Notes: generated from the letters alone by a model not told the origin. Positions 42,368 to 55,082 are shown, numbered from the stretch's first letter. The stretch: 64,000 bases of DNA from Promethearchaeota archaeon (GCA_019057795.1 JAHLWS010000053.1:58261-122260); one strand, 5' to 3'. Made by a program: numbers and translations.

Positions 42368-42976
42368 TTAATTTGTTATACTCATTTTTAAAGTTAATTG
42401 GGGAAAAATAAAAGTTATAACCCGATTAAAAGAATCTAATACTCCTTTTCCTTCAATTGCGATTGTCTTATTAATAGAAATAAACTTAAACATATTGAAA
42501 TTTATTTCACTTAAAAACTCGTATTGGTTTAATTTTTGAGGATCTTCTATATCGTATTTATTAAATGAAATAACTATGGGAAGGTTATAAAATTCATTTT
42601 TAAACATAGTTTTTAATTCATTCCATGATCTCAAATTATGTTGTAAACATTGAGCTCTTGAATCAACAACAAAAATTAACCCATCAACACCATTTAAAGT
42701 AGCGGGTCGGGTGCTTGCATAAAAGTCTTGACCGGTAGCAGAATAAATAAGAAATTTTAAACTCCATTCTGCACCCTTAAATTGTAAAACACCAAAATCA
42801 AACAATAAAGTTCTCCCAACGGTACTATCAATAGAATGTAGGTTTTCCTCTTTGTTGAAATAAGAAAATAATTGTTTTATTGATGTCGTTTTTCCTGACA
42901 TGGCAGGACCGTAATATACGATTTTAACTTGCAAATTTTTTTTCTCATAATCATATATCAAATTAATTAACCCCAT
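42368..42976 (-). CDS. MglA-like small GTPase
   Basis: KIVYYGPAMSGKTT, RTLLFDF, SATGQ and NKYD motifs. Confidence 0.9.
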   Translation of the reverse strand: MGLINLIYDYEKKNLQVKIVYYGPAMSGKTTSIKQLFSYFNKEENLHSIDSTVGRTLLFDFGVLQFKGAEWSLKFLIYSATGQDFYASTRPATLNGVDGLIFVVDSRAQCLQHNLRSWNELKTMFKNEFYNLPIVISFNKYDIEDPQKLNQYEFLSEINFNMFKFISINKTIAIEGKGVLDSFNRVITFIFPQLTLKMSITN

Positions 42977-43863
42977 AAAGATTGCATACTATCTAGGGCA
43001 TTGACTTTTTTCCCATTTTCAATTAAAATTGAAAAGTCTTCCCCCCATTCTTTATTAATAAAAGATATTATTCTATCAATGGGAGCGTCTTCATAATCTA
43101 TAGTTTCTAAAAGAGTTTTACTCCCAATTTGCGTTTTCATTTCTATGTTATTTAATAGATTTAACCTAGATAAAATAGAAAATGCTCGTTTAGAACCTGA
43201 ATAAAAATTTTGAATCTCTTTTTTAAGGATATTCTTTTTCAATTCTTCTTTTTCTCTATTAAAATCTAATAAAACATCTATTAAATCTTCATCAATTTCT
43301 TCAGATTTAATTTTCCCTAATAGAACTCTTTTCATTTTGATGATGGCTTTCTCAGTATCTTGGGAAATCTTTTGTAAAATACCGTGTTCAAATTGAAGAT
43401 CAAGTAGTTTCCAATTTATGCCCACTAATTCGATAGAAAATGAATTAGAAAAGAAAGCAATACCCAAAAAACAATTAATTTTTTTTTTAATGCTATTAAT
43501 AAACTGACGAATCTTATCTTTTTGCTCAAGTATTTCAATTCCAATTAACCAAGAATTAAAACGCTTAAATTGATTCAGAGCTTTGAGAGCAACACTAGTA
43601 GGACATCGTATATATATTTTTTGAGTATTATAATCAATATTTTCATTCATTACTAAGTCATGATATTCTGTGATAGAAATAAAATCTGTATAAAAAATAA
43701 ATTCTTTCCGAAAATGAATCAATTCTGATAAATCTATTAAAAAATCATCGATTTTCTCTGCGTTATTACCATAAACGATAATTGGGATTCTATTTAAGAT
43801 AGTATAAAGTATTAGCGTTGTATCAGTTGTTTTTAATTTTTCCAATAACTCAAAAAAAATCAT
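42967..43863 (-). CDS. hypothetical protein, possibly core-DENN-like
   Basis: N-terminal ILYTILNRIPIIVYG...IDDFLIDLSELI resembles cDENN; lies between Roadblock and GTPase genes. Confidence 0.5.
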   Translation of the reverse strand: MIFFELLEKLKTTDTTLILYTILNRIPIIVYGNNAEKIDDFLIDLSELIHFRKEFIFYTDFISITEYHDLVMNENIDYNTQKIYIRCPTSVALKALNQFKRFNSWLIGIEILEQKDKIRQFINSIKKKINCFLGIAFFSNSFSIELVGINWKLLDLQFEHGILQKISQDTEKAIIKMKRVLLGKIKSEEIDEDLIDVLLDFNREKEELKKNILKKEIQNFYSGSKRAFSILSRLNLLNNIEMKTQIGSKTLLETIDYEDAPIDRIISFINKEWGEDFSILIENGKKVNALDSMQSLWG

Positions 43864-43872
43864 TTTTTCACC

Positions 43873-44889
43873 TTATCCTTTGATAATTAATTCACCTAGC
43901 ATAGTCTTAATATCAAAGGGCCTTTGATCCTGAATTTCAGACGCTTTCTTAATAAGAGAATGTATTTTGTTTGAGAATTGCGGAATAATTAATCGTATCA
44001 AACCTAGTTTTTGTCGAGATTTACCCATCTCAGTACTAAATATTGCTTTTCCCAAACCATGTATAAATTGAAATGAGTTTTCACAATCTAATAGTATATT
44101 CTCCGCATTCATCTTTTTAAGCAACCAAGCGCACCTATTTGCTGTTTGAAAAAGTGAATAGCTCATTGCAGAGATATTATCTAAATTTTTTTCCTTATCA
44201 TTGGTGTTTTTCAAAATTTTTGATGCAATAAATCCCCCTTCTATGGTAATATGTGCGTATTTTAAATCAGGAATTGCAATAGAAAAATTGCTTAAAACTT
44301 TTCTTAGCTCCATAGATATATTTTCTGATAAATTTAACGAAAAGGAAGACACTTTATAATTAAAATTCTCATTCTCTTTAACATTGAAGCCTTTTATTAT
44401 GCTTTGAATCCGTTGTTCATCAAATTGAACTAATGGTGGTTTAAAAGATTCGCCAGAAGTAATGAGAGTAGTTTTGATCTTTTTTAAACATTCACTAGTT
44501 TGTAAAAAAATCCCCCCTAAATTTGTATTTGGCTGAGCTGTAATTGCTATAAAAAACTCGTGTTTATTATCGAGAATTCCTTGCTCTTGCAAAATCCTAT
44601 TCAAAGAATAATGTATCGGACTATTAAGAGGAGCTATTAAAATTTTTGCTTTCTTTCCCTCTATTAAGATATATTTTAAATCGTTTGGATGCAAATGTAT
44701 TCCAACATTAAAGATCGCACTAGTGGCAGAACTAACATTAAAGATTTCATCTTTAGAAAACCAAACTCCGGCTGACTGAATTGGATTCCCATCTCTTTGA
44801 GTTAAAACCGCATTTTCTACTCCTTTCAACTGTTTTATTTGATCCAGGTGAATACCTATCTTTTCTCTTAAATCCATTTTAATTCGCAA
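43873..44889 (-). CDS. tandem Roadblock/LC7 domain protein
   Basis: Two repeats: GVENAVLTQRDGNPI...VSSATSAIF and DLKYAHITIEGGFI...ISAMSYSLF. Confidence 0.8.
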   Translation of the reverse strand: MRIKMDLREKIGIHLDQIKQLKGVENAVLTQRDGNPIQSAGVWFSKDEIFNVSSATSAIFNVGIHLHPNDLKYILIEGKKAKILIAPLNSPIHYSLNRILQEQGILDNKHEFFIAITAQPNTNLGGIFLQTSECLKKIKTTLITSGESFKPPLVQFDEQRIQSIIKGFNVKENENFNYKVSSFSLNLSENISMELRKVLSNFSIAIPDLKYAHITIEGGFIASKILKNTNDKEKNLDNISAMSYSLFQTANRCAWLLKKMNAENILLDCENSFQFIHGLGKAIFSTEMGKSRQKLGLIRLIIPQFSNKIHSLIKKASEIQDQRPFDIKTMLGELIIKG

Positions 44890-45209
44890 AGTTCCTTAAT
44901 TAAATTAGTATTTTTAAATTAAAACTTAGATTTTTAAACTACGAATATTTGTAAAATTAACAAAACAAAAAAATTTAAAATGAATCCTTCTTATATATTA
45001 CTATAACAAATCGCATCTTTACCGGTGTGAGCTTGGATTACGGTATGCAACCGTTATATGAAAAGTTAATTCACTGATGCGATATAAAATATGTAGTTAT
45101 AGTTTAATCGATTATAACTGAAGAAAGATAAATTAATAACCCTAAAAAGTAAATTAATTCCAAATTTAAGAACTAATTTGCGACTAACTCAATATTTATT
45201 TAGATAATT

Positions 45210-46701
<1,492 letters not shown>

Positions 46702-46777
46702 TTTATTTAAATCTTAATTACTTGGAGTTTGTTATAAGAGTTATTAATTAGCTTTCAATCCTTTTTTTTATCATAAT

Positions 46778-46879
46778 GGGCCTGTAGATCAGTAGCAGAT
46801 CGCTTGACACATAATTAGCAATTAGCTTGATGCGAGATTTGCACTCAAGAGGTCACGGGTTCAATTCCCGTCAGGTCCA
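46778..46879 (+). tRNA. tRNA-Ala(TGC) with a 30-nt intron at 32/33 (46809-46838)
   Basis: GGGCCTG/CAGGTCC acceptor with G3:U70; BHB CTTG-AC|A ... CGAG-AT|T; spliced arm CTTGA-CT TGC AC-TCAAG. Confidence 0.9.
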
Positions 46880-47064
46880 CTTTTTTCTTGTAAGATTGAT
46901 AAAGCGATATAAAAATCTTTTACTTTTTTAATTTTTTATTATTGTTAAGATAAAAAGCTCAAAAAACAAATTCAAATTTTTATTAATAAGACATAATCTT
47001 ATTTTATTAAACTGTAAAATCAGAACTTTTTTTAATTATTCTTTATATTCTATGAATAACAACT

Positions 47065-47220
47065 ATGAAGTTTATAAGTTATTTTGTGATCATCATTTTA
47101 TTTCTATTTCAAGATTTAACTCCAGAACAAGAAATGTTTAATTTCATATTAGTTTTCCTTGGGATTATTTTGTTAATCGTTATTTTAGTGTATATTTTGT
47201 TAACTTCAAGGCAAGAATGA
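47065..47220 (+). CDS. 51-aa membrane microprotein (not in the ORF track)
   Basis: MKFISYFVIIILFLFQDLTPEQEMFNFILVFLGIILLIVILVYILLTSRQE; TTTATAT about 20 nt upstream. Confidence 0.5.
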   Translation: MKFISYFVIIILFLFQDLTPEQEMFNFILVFLGIILLIVILVYILLTSRQE

Positions 47221-47226
47221 TTCTTT

Positions 47227-48438
47227 TTATTTTGCTGATACAATTTTAATGACATCATTATGTCTTAATTCATAATTCTCTCCTAATCTCTTTTTGGTTC
47301 TCGCATCAATACCAAAAATAAAATGGTCAGCTAAATCAGTATGAATTTTATCGCGAACAAAATTCTTTAATAAGGTACCTTTTTTGACGAGGAAAGCATC
47401 TGGTAGAACATTCCCATTGTTATCTGTATATTTATTAATATCCGAAATGGGGTAAACACAGATTTGATTTAAAATGTTAAAAACAGCAAAATTTAACGCT
47501 TTTTGAATCCCCGTTTCTTTAAACGGGTTAAGAATTATCTCTTGTATCTTATTTAACATCTCTAATTCTTTTTGGCTTAAATTTTGATCACCCAAGATAT
47601 TAAAATTATCTGAACCAGGCAGATAAACAACCTTTTTCTCTTGGTGGTATTTTCTTAAAAAATATTCAGCTAAAGCACTACAAGGAATAACTTCTCCATC
47701 AAGTTTTTTCTTTAATTCAACAAAATTTTCCATACCATTTTCTTTATCAATTTTATTAGCTAAAATAAGAATAGGTTTTGAAAGCTCTCTTAAATTTTTC
47801 GAAAAAATTAAAAGCTCATCATCTGACCACGATGAAGGGTTTTTATCTTCTAAATTTGATTTTTTTAAAGCTAATCCAATTTGATGCCTTTTAACCTTTA
47901 TTCCTGAGAGCCTTTTATATAATTCTTCAACAAATTTTTTCTTTTCCCTAGTAAATAAATTTAAGAATTTACTCCAATCTTCTCTTTCTAAGATTTGTTT
48001 AAACCACAGATTAATTTCATTTTCAAGGAATATTATATCTTCGTAAGGGTCATTTTCACCAATTTTTATTCTTTTCCCGTTTTTATCGAGAGAACCGCTA
48101 ATATCAACAATATGGATAAGAATATCCGCTTTACTTAAATCGTTAAGGAATCTATTTCCCAAGCCTTTTCCCTTATGAGCGTCAGGAACTAAACCAGCAA
48201 CATCGAGCACATTTATGGGAATAAAACGATTACCAAAGATGCAATAAGAATTTTTTGGATTATCCTTGACATTTAATTCTTTACAAACACATTTTAACTT
48301 TATATATGCCACTCCTTTATTCGGCTCAATGGTTGTAAAAGGTAATTCACTCACTTTTGCGTTTGTTAAGCATGCTGCATTTAAGAAAGTTGATTTTCCA
48401 GCACTTGGTTTTCCAATAATCCCTATTAAAAAATTCAT
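47227..48438 (-). CDS. YchF/Obg-family GTPase (archaeal type) with a TGS domain
   Basis: GKPSAGKST, PFTTIEPN, DVAGLV, GLGNRFL, NKID and VLPD motifs. Confidence 0.92.
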   Translation of the reverse strand: MNFLIGIIGKPSAGKSTFLNAACLTNAKVSELPFTTIEPNKGVAYIKLKCVCKELNVKDNPKNSYCIFGNRFIPINVLDVAGLVPDAHKGKGLGNRFLNDLSKADILIHIVDISGSLDKNGKRIKIGENDPYEDIIFLENEINLWFKQILEREDWSKFLNLFTREKKKFVEELYKRLSGIKVKRHQIGLALKKSNLEDKNPSSWSDDELLIFSKNLRELSKPILILANKIDKENGMENFVELKKKLDGEVIPCSALAEYFLRKYHQEKKVVYLPGSDNFNILGDQNLSQKELEMLNKIQEIILNPFKETGIQKALNFAVFNILNQICVYPISDINKYTDNNGNVLPDAFLVKKGTLLKNFVRDKIHTDLADHFIFGIDARTKKRLGENYELRHNDVIKIVSAK

Positions 48439-48607
48439 TATTTAATACTAGAATTCCAATTTCTTAAAATTTATTTATTTTTCTCTTGTTCATTGTATAA
48501 TTTATTAATATAATATCAAATTTATCATAGTTCTTTTTTTAACCATAACAACTGCATCTTTTTCGCTATTTTTAACCGTTATTAAATTGGTAGAACTCTG
48601 ATTTTCC

Positions 48608-50329
48608 CTATTCCTTATATTTTTCAGTCTCTTCAAAAAATCCTTCAGTTAACAATAACTTATCGATAAACTTATCAAATTCCTCAACTTTTTTATCTTC
48701 TTCTTCCAATTTAACCGAACATAGTTCACAATAATCGGAGTTCTGCTTGATTTCTTTTCTACAAAACTTACAAAAACTTTTTTTCTCAACATTTTTATCT
48801 TCTGACGATTTAGCTTCCTTCTGTGCTTCTTTTTGATTTCTTGTCCGTTCCAAAATCTCCTTGTTTTTTTCCACGATTTCTTCATTTGATAGCCAACTCC
48901 TCTTAATGTGTTCCGTTTCCATCGCGAATGGTTTCTCAATCGAGTTAATTCTAATTAGACATTGCCCCTTTTTTAACATCGATAAGTATTCCTTCTGCCA
49001 ATCTTTTAAGTTTAGTAATTCTTGCATTAAGTCTTTTTGCATGTGTACTTGAAAAGACACCAAAACACCGCAATTTGCTAATATTTCCCTGCTAATGTTA
49101 GGGCGGGTCGCGAGCGAAATCAAACATTCCCCAGTCCCCCTCAACAACAACGCGATATCCTCGATGTAAGAAGTGAGTTTTGTTCTACTACTAAGTTCTT
49201 GGGGAGCGAAATACTGAGCGTCTTCGATAATAGTTATGTGCTTAATTCCATGATAATTTTTGCTCCCCATTTCGATGTTCTTATCCCACAAATATTTAAG
49301 CACCATGTTCAAAAAAAACAACGCGTCTTCTTTTTCCCCTCCTTTGCGAATAATCGAGCTTAAGTCCAATAAAACTCTGTGGTTAAACAGCTCTTTCACA
49401 TTAAGGCCTGTTTTTTTGTCGAATATGTTTTTTAATGTGCTTACAGAATAGCGACGGATTCTATTTGTAATCGCTTGAACGCTTTTTTTCAAGGTGAAAT
49501 CTTCTTGTTTCGCGTAATATTTCTCAAATTCGCTAAAAAATTTGTCCCAGCTCCCATTTTCTTTTTTTGGACAAATTTCGTATAGAATGTCGATAAATAC
49601 TTTTTCCATTTGAGGCGAATAATCGACATTCTCTAACAAACCCCCGCTTTCGAAGATTTTAAACACCCGTTCCGCGTGAATGTATGGATCCGCCCCCTCA
49701 GGATCGAAAATATTAATCGAAAAGTTCTCGCCTGGCTTAAGTATCAGCAAATTATCAATTTTCTCCTGTAAAAAGTGGTATTCTCCTTTAAATTCCGACA
49801 AAAGAAAGGGGATGTCGTATTTTTTGGTAAAATGCAACAAAAATTGTTGCAAAAAATTGCTTTTTCCCGTCCCCGTCGTTCCACATATAAACATATGTTG
49901 CGCTAAATCGTCAATGTTGAGGTTAAATTTATGCTTTACCTTTTTCTTATCGATAATTCTTCCTATGTTTATGTTACCGATCTTAGACTCGGATTTTGAA
50001 GGACATTCCATAATTAATTCAAACCGATTTGACGATTTAAAAGTATATACGAATAGAACTGAAGAACTAGCTAAAAAAAATTGAGAACACCCTATAAAAA
50101 CCATTTCTATAATAGAAGACGGCTTGCTCGTAAATAACTCTAAATTCGTTATAAAAAAAGCGTACAATATCGCAGTTAGCGATATAATAACGCATTGCAT
50201 CGCTATTATCATAATACGGTGCTTTATTTCTCGCTTTTTACGCTTTTCTTTTGAATTTGAGTAAAAGATAAACAAAACCAAAGCAAAAGGAATAAGCGAT
50301 GAAATAAAATATGGTAATAGCATGTCCAT
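48608..50329 (-). CDS. membrane-anchored HerA/DUF87-like ATPase with a C-terminal Zn finger
   Basis: Three N-terminal TMs, HMFICGTTGTGKS, FKGEY, IIEDAQ and LLRGTG motifs; C-x2-C...C-x2-C. Confidence 0.8.
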   Translation of the reverse strand: MDMLLPYFISSLIPFALVLFIFYSNSKEKRKKREIKHRIMIIAMQCVIISLTAILYAFFITNLELFTSKPSSIIEMVFIGCSQFFLASSSVLFVYTFKSSNRFELIMECPSKSESKIGNINIGRIIDKKKVKHKFNLNIDDLAQHMFICGTTGTGKSNFLQQFLLHFTKKYDIPFLLSEFKGEYHFLQEKIDNLLILKPGENFSINIFDPEGADPYIHAERVFKIFESGGLLENVDYSPQMEKVFIDILYEICPKKENGSWDKFFSEFEKYYAKQEDFTLKKSVQAITNRIRRYSVSTLKNIFDKKTGLNVKELFNHRVLLDLSSIIRKGGEKEDALFFLNMVLKYLWDKNIEMGSKNYHGIKHITIIEDAQYFAPQELSSRTKLTSYIEDIALLLRGTGECLISLATRPNISREILANCGVLVSFQVHMQKDLMQELLNLKDWQKEYLSMLKKGQCLIRINSIEKPFAMETEHIKRSWLSNEEIVEKNKEILERTRNQKEAQKEAKSSEDKNVEKKSFCKFCRKEIKQNSDYCELCSVKLEEEDKKVEEFDKFIDKLLLTEGFFEETEKYKE

Positions 50330-50754
50330 TAAAACATTAATTTTGATGAAATGTTATAAACTACACAAAATTTTAACCTTAAAAGCTTAATTTACGGGAT
50401 GACTAGAGCGAATTTATATCGATTTTTAATTTACCTAAAAATAAATGTATCTTATGAAAAAACTACCTGTCAAAATAAGAAGCAGAGCCGTTTAATGACG
50501 TTTTTAGATTATAAGAAGATTTACTCTCTCAGAAATATGCCAATTGAGTCAATATACCCTAAAATAATAAGTAAATAAAGAAAAAATAATTAAGGTGCTA
50601 ATTTCTTAGTTTTAATGCATTCTTTAAAAACATTTTCACTAAGGAAATTTGAAAGAATTCATATTCGTAAACTTTTTTAATTTTATGACTTAGAGATCAT
50701 TATATAAGTAATAAAAAATTTTGAATTAAAATATTGGAATAAAGTGATTTTAAA

Positions 50755-52359
50755 ATGGCACAGTTAAGCGGCGTCCCTATAATTATTTTAAAAGAGGGTA
50801 CAGAAAGAAAACAAGGAAAGGACGCCCAAAAAAATAATATAGCTGCAGCTAAAGCAGTAGCAGAAGCAGTAAGAACAACACTTGGCCCTAAAGGTATGGA
50901 TAAAATGCTTGTTGATTCTTTAGGAGACGTAACAATAACGAACGATGGTGCAACGATCTTAGACACTATTGATATTGAACATCCAGCGGCTAAAATGATA
51001 GTCGAAGTTGCTAAAACGCAAGATGATAAAGTTGGCGATGGAACTACTACGAGCGTTATTATTTCTGGAGAATTATTGAATCTTGCCCAAGAGTTAATGG
51101 AACAATCAGTTCACCCGACGATAATAATTAGAGGTTATAGAAAAGCTTTAGTAAAGTCTAAGGAAATATTGAAAGAACTATCTACTAAAATTGATATTAA
51201 CGATAAAGAGACTTTATTGAAAGTTGCAGGAACTTCAATGAATAGTAAATTAATTACGGGAGTTAAAAGTCATTTTGCAGATATTGCTGTTAAAGCGGTA
51301 AGCCAAATAAAAGAAAAACGTGGAGAACGTATTTTAATCGATTTGGATCAAATTCAAATGATAAAAAAAGAGGGAAAAAGTCTAATAGATACAAAAATCA
51401 TAGATGGAATTATAGTGGATAAGGAAATTGTACATCCTATGATGCCAAAATCTCTCAAGGATGCAAAAATTGCATTAATTAACTCCTCTCTTGAAGTTCA
51501 GAAAACTGAATTTGATGCCGAGATTAGAATTCAAACACCTGATCAAATCAATAAATTCCTTGAAGAAGAAGCGAGAATGCTTAAATCCCGTGTTACAAAA
51601 TTAAAGGAAGTTGGAGTCAATGTTGTATTTTGTCAGAAGGGTGTTGATGACAAGGCACAAAACTTTCTTGCCCAGGAAAACATCATAACGATTCGTAGGG
51701 TTAAAAGATCTGATATGGAAAAACTTGCTCGAGCTACAAATGCAAAAATAGTGAACAATATCTTCGATATTTCAACTGAGGACTTAGGTAAAGCAGGAAA
51801 AGTAGAAGAAAAGAAAATTGGAGATGACAATATGATTTTTGTATCAGGGTGTATCGATCCTAAGGCTGTGAGTATATTAATAAGAGCTGGGATTGAACAT
51901 GTTGTGGATGAAGCTGAAAGAATGTTCGATGACGCACTATCAGTAGTAAAAGCAGCAATTGAAATGCCTTACATCTTACCTGGGGGTGGAGCCTCTGAAA
52001 TTGAGTTAGCTAAGCGATTAAGAGCTTATGCTCGTTCAATAGGTGGTAGAGAACAATTAGCAATTGAAATCTATGCTAATGCCCTAGAGATAATCCCTAA
52101 AACATTGGTTGAAAATGCAGGTTATAATCCAGTTGATTTGATAGTAGAATTACGTTCAAAACATGAATCAGATATAGGAAACTCGTATGGTATTAATATT
52201 GATACTGGTAAACCCGATGATATGATAGAATTGGGTGTTATTGAACCATTAATGGTATTAACTCAAGCTATTCAATCAGCAACCGAAGTTGCTTCTATGA
52301 TTTTAAAAATTGACGATGTAATTGCTGCTTCAGGACTTTCGAAACACTCTGAAGATTAA
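50755..52359 (+). CDS. ths: thermosome (group II chaperonin) subunit
   Basis: [25 protein letters not shown] and ILKIDD motifs. Confidence 0.97.
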   Translation: MAQLSGVPIIILKEGTERKQGKDAQKNNIAAAKAVAEAVRTTLGPKGMDKMLVDSLGDVTITNDGATILDTIDIEHPAAKMIVEVAKTQDDKVGDGTTTSVIISGELLNLAQELMEQSVHPTIIIRGYRKALVKSKEILKELSTKIDINDKETLLKVAGTSMNSKLITGVKSHFADIAVKAVSQIKEKRGERILIDLDQIQMIKKEGKSLIDTKIIDGIIVDKEIVHPMMPKSLKDAKIALINSSLEVQKTEFDAEIRIQTPDQINKFLEEEARMLKSRVTKLKEVGVNVVFCQKGVDDKAQNFLAQENIITIRRVKRSDMEKLARATNAKIVNNIFDISTEDLGKAGKVEEKKIGDDNMIFVSGCIDPKAVSILIRAGIEHVVDEAERMFDDALSVVKAAIEMPYILPGGGASEIELAKRLRAYARSIGGREQLAIEIYANALEIIPKTLVENAGYNPVDLIVELRSKHESDIGNSYGINIDTGKPDDMIELGVIEPLMVLTQAIQSATEVASMILKIDDVIAASGLSKHSED

Positions 52360-52402
52360 TTTTTTTTAATTTTTTATTTTTATTAGATCATCTAAATTTT
52401 TG

Positions 52403-52864
52403 TTAAAATTTATTCAATTTTTTAAATTCAACACCCCATGAAAATTTTGAGAGTATTAAATCTGCGTAAGTATGAAAATTTGTAATATAAAGCGCTGACG
52501 CTAATGCCTCAACAGAGCTCAACTTTTCCACTTTGCCATAATTTACGGGGTTTGCAGCGATAAGTGGGGGTAATCTTCTGCTGTTTTTTAAGTTAAAGTT
52601 TTTCAAATTGAAAATTTTTTTCCAAGAGCAATCCACGACAATTAGACCGTACTTCAAAATTATCTCCCTATCGTTATCATTTATTATTTTTTTAGAAAAG
52701 GGATCTAAAAAAATAGCATTATAGTTTTTTCCTCTAATTTTAGACACGATTTTTAGCAAATTGAACCTTGCTAATTTTAAGGCTGTGCATTTTTTCCTAT
52801 CACATTCATTAAAATGGAGGCAAAACAGTTTTGGAATGGATTCTTCCAAATTAGATTTAATCAT
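52403..52864 (-). CDS. tsr3: rRNA aminocarboxypropyltransferase Tsr3
   Basis: CD-x-KKCT, DCSW, RRLP-x-LIAANPVNYG, LSSVEA and FSWG motifs. Confidence 0.92.
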   Translation of the reverse strand: MIKSNLEESIPKLFCLHFNECDRKKCTALKLARFNLLKIVSKIRGKNYNAIFLDPFSKKIINDNDREIILKYGLIVVDCSWKKIFNLKNFNLKNSRRLPPLIAANPVNYGKVEKLSSVEALASALYITNFHTYADLILSKFSWGVEFKKLNKF

Positions 52865-53855
52865 ATTTAAAACTAGTTAATACGTTTACCGATTTTATGA
52901 AGCTTTCAGTAGTTCGCTCAGTCCCAATTATTTTCAATATTGAAAATATGATATTTCGGGATTCACACATAATTGGAATTCCCCCATATGCCAATGTGAA
53001 GAGACCTATAAAAGAAATCTCTTCCATATTTAAAGTTCCTTCCACTTCAGAGAATTTTAATTTTCCAGAAGGACAAGTAATAATTCCGTAAAAATTTTCA
53101 GGATCTTGCCCAGAAATTGCTACATAACACAATAACTCACCGATTGAACTGCTTTCAGATTCTTCTTTCATTTTTTGAAAAGCAACATTAGCACTGGCTG
53201 AAAACGCCTCAACCGAAATTGGTAAATTTCGGCCACTAACTTCCCTAGCATCTAAAGTCAAGCCTGTTGAGCATACAAGACTATACCTTATATATATAGG
53301 GTTTTGTATTGAGTCCAAAACATAACTTACTGCTGGTAAAAGATTGGTAGAATCAAATTTTTCTGGAGAATAAGATACGAAAGGAACTTCAGACCCCATA
53401 CCAAAGAGGTAAATCGCACTTCGTACTTTGTTTGAAAAATATTCAAGATCTCTCTCAGTTTCATTATTACTACCGAAAAAATCTCCTAATTTCTGTTTTA
53501 TATAGTACATAGAACTCGCTAGATTATCTGCATCTAATGGCCATTCTTTGTGATAATCATGAACAATTGTTAAGAGAGTTTGATTTATCCTAATCGTTAT
53601 TAAACAAACCTTATCAAAGAATGAAAACGAAATAACTTGATCCTTAATATTCAAATCTTCCCAACTTTCTTCGCTCGCAGAAAATGCTGCTGAAGCTAAA
53701 CTAGTAATGCGATTAGGATTTACCTCAATATCACTTTTCCTTCCAATTTTAGCTATAGAAAGCCCATTCAAATCACATAAGATTACCAAAATTGTACCTT
53801 GAGATGCCCTCAAGATTGAAGTCAAATATTTTATTAACGAATCTCTTACACTCAT
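52857..53855 (-). CDS. tandem Roadblock/LC7-like protein
   Basis: LVILCDLNGLSIA...ITSLASAAF and YSLVCSTGLTL...FSASANVAF repeats. Confidence 0.7.
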   Translation of the reverse strand: MSVRDSLIKYLTSILRASQGTILVILCDLNGLSIAKIGRKSDIEVNPNRITSLASAAFSASEESWEDLNIKDQVISFSFFDKVCLITIRINQTLLTIVHDYHKEWPLDADNLASSMYYIKQKLGDFFGSNNETERDLEYFSNKVRSAIYLFGMGSEVPFVSYSPEKFDSTNLLPAVSYVLDSIQNPIYIRYSLVCSTGLTLDAREVSGRNLPISVEAFSASANVAFQKMKEESESSSIGELLCYVAISGQDPENFYGIITCPSGKLKFSEVEGTLNMEEISFIGLFTLAYGGIPIMCESRNIIFSILKIIGTERTTESFIKSVNVLTSFKYD

Positions 53856-54032
53856 AAAAAAACCTAACTTTTTTATCTAACCTTATAATTCTATCTGCTT
53901 TAATAACAATAATCTTAATTCTTAAATATTTCTTATTTTTATTTTCTATTTAATTATTTTTATCTTTTAAAATTCTTTTAAAATTTCACCATACTCTATG
54001 ATATTAAAAGGTAAGGGAAATTACTTTTCTTA

Positions 54033-55082
54033 ATGTCAACAAGAAATCATATCGAATTTTATAGGGAAAAGCTTGATTATCATAAATATCAATCTGAAAT
54101 CAATAATTACATTAATAAGATAGTTCACGAATTCACAAAAGCGTATAAAGGAATTACAAATTATCGAATACTTGAAGTTTTTTGGGATTTAGTTGATAAA
54201 AATATCAGTTATGATCCAGGAAATTGGTATCATGTATTTGCAAGTTTCTTTGGAAAATTGGTTATCATTGAAATAATATATGTTGAAAAAAAAATTCATA
54301 AATTCCATAAAAATATTCACAATGAGTGGGTAGGATATTTGGCAAAACTTCTCATACCACATGAACCTCAAATATCAAATAAATTCTTTATTAAGTTAAT
54401 TCAAAACATGCCTGTCCCAGATTATGAATCCGTATTAGAATTATATGAGGAAGGAATAATCTTATTCAATGAAAATCTTAAAGAAATATTCTTTAATAAT
54501 TCCATTAATCCTCATGAAAAGATCTTGAAATTTAAAGCAAATTTCTTGAATTTATTTGATGTTTTTTTGGCAAAGTGCTCATTTATTGATAAAGAATTAT
54601 CCAAACACGGAGAAACTGCTCACATAAATAGTCTACATGAAATTTTTCAGTTAAATAACTCTAATGAAAGAACTCCTCCTAAACTATTGAGAAAAACTTT
54701 AATTGTGTTAAATCACATTAGAAATGCTATTTCGCACAGCTCAAAAGCAGGAATTGTTTATTTTGAGAAAAAAGGAATAAGGATAAGAGATTTCAATAGA
54801 AAGGGAAAATTAACATTTGAGCGTTTTTTTACTTTTGAAGAATTGTATGATTCTTATTATTTGTTATTAATATTATTAATGGAATTTGAATTAATGGCTA
54901 TAATGTTATCTTTACATAGAGTTATACGAGAGTTAAATTTCAAATATAATAAAAGGCTTAAATGTAGTATATGTGGTCATGAATGTGTGGTTTTCGTACA
55001 CCCTGCGAGATCAAATGTGGTATGTGATAAATGTAAAACACGTCATCGTATCATTGATAATGAAACAAATAGAAATCAATAG
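54033..55082 (+). CDS. putative HEPN-motif protein with a C-terminal Zn ribbon
   Basis: R-x4-H motif IRNAISHS in a helical context; CSICG...CDKC. Confidence 0.55.
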   Translation: MSTRNHIEFYREKLDYHKYQSEINNYINKIVHEFTKAYKGITNYRILEVFWDLVDKNISYDPGNWYHVFASFFGKLVIIEIIYVEKKIHKFHKNIHNEWVGYLAKLLIPHEPQISNKFFIKLIQNMPVPDYESVLELYEEGIILFNENLKEIFFNNSINPHEKILKFKANFLNLFDVFLAKCSFIDKELSKHGETAHINSLHEIFQLNNSNERTPPKLLRKTLIVLNHIRNAISHSSKAGIVYFEKKGIRIRDFNRKGKLTFERFFTFEELYDSYYLLLILLMEFELMAIMLSLHRVIRELNFKYNKRLKCSICGHECVVFVHPARSNVVCDKCKTRHRIIDNETNRNQ

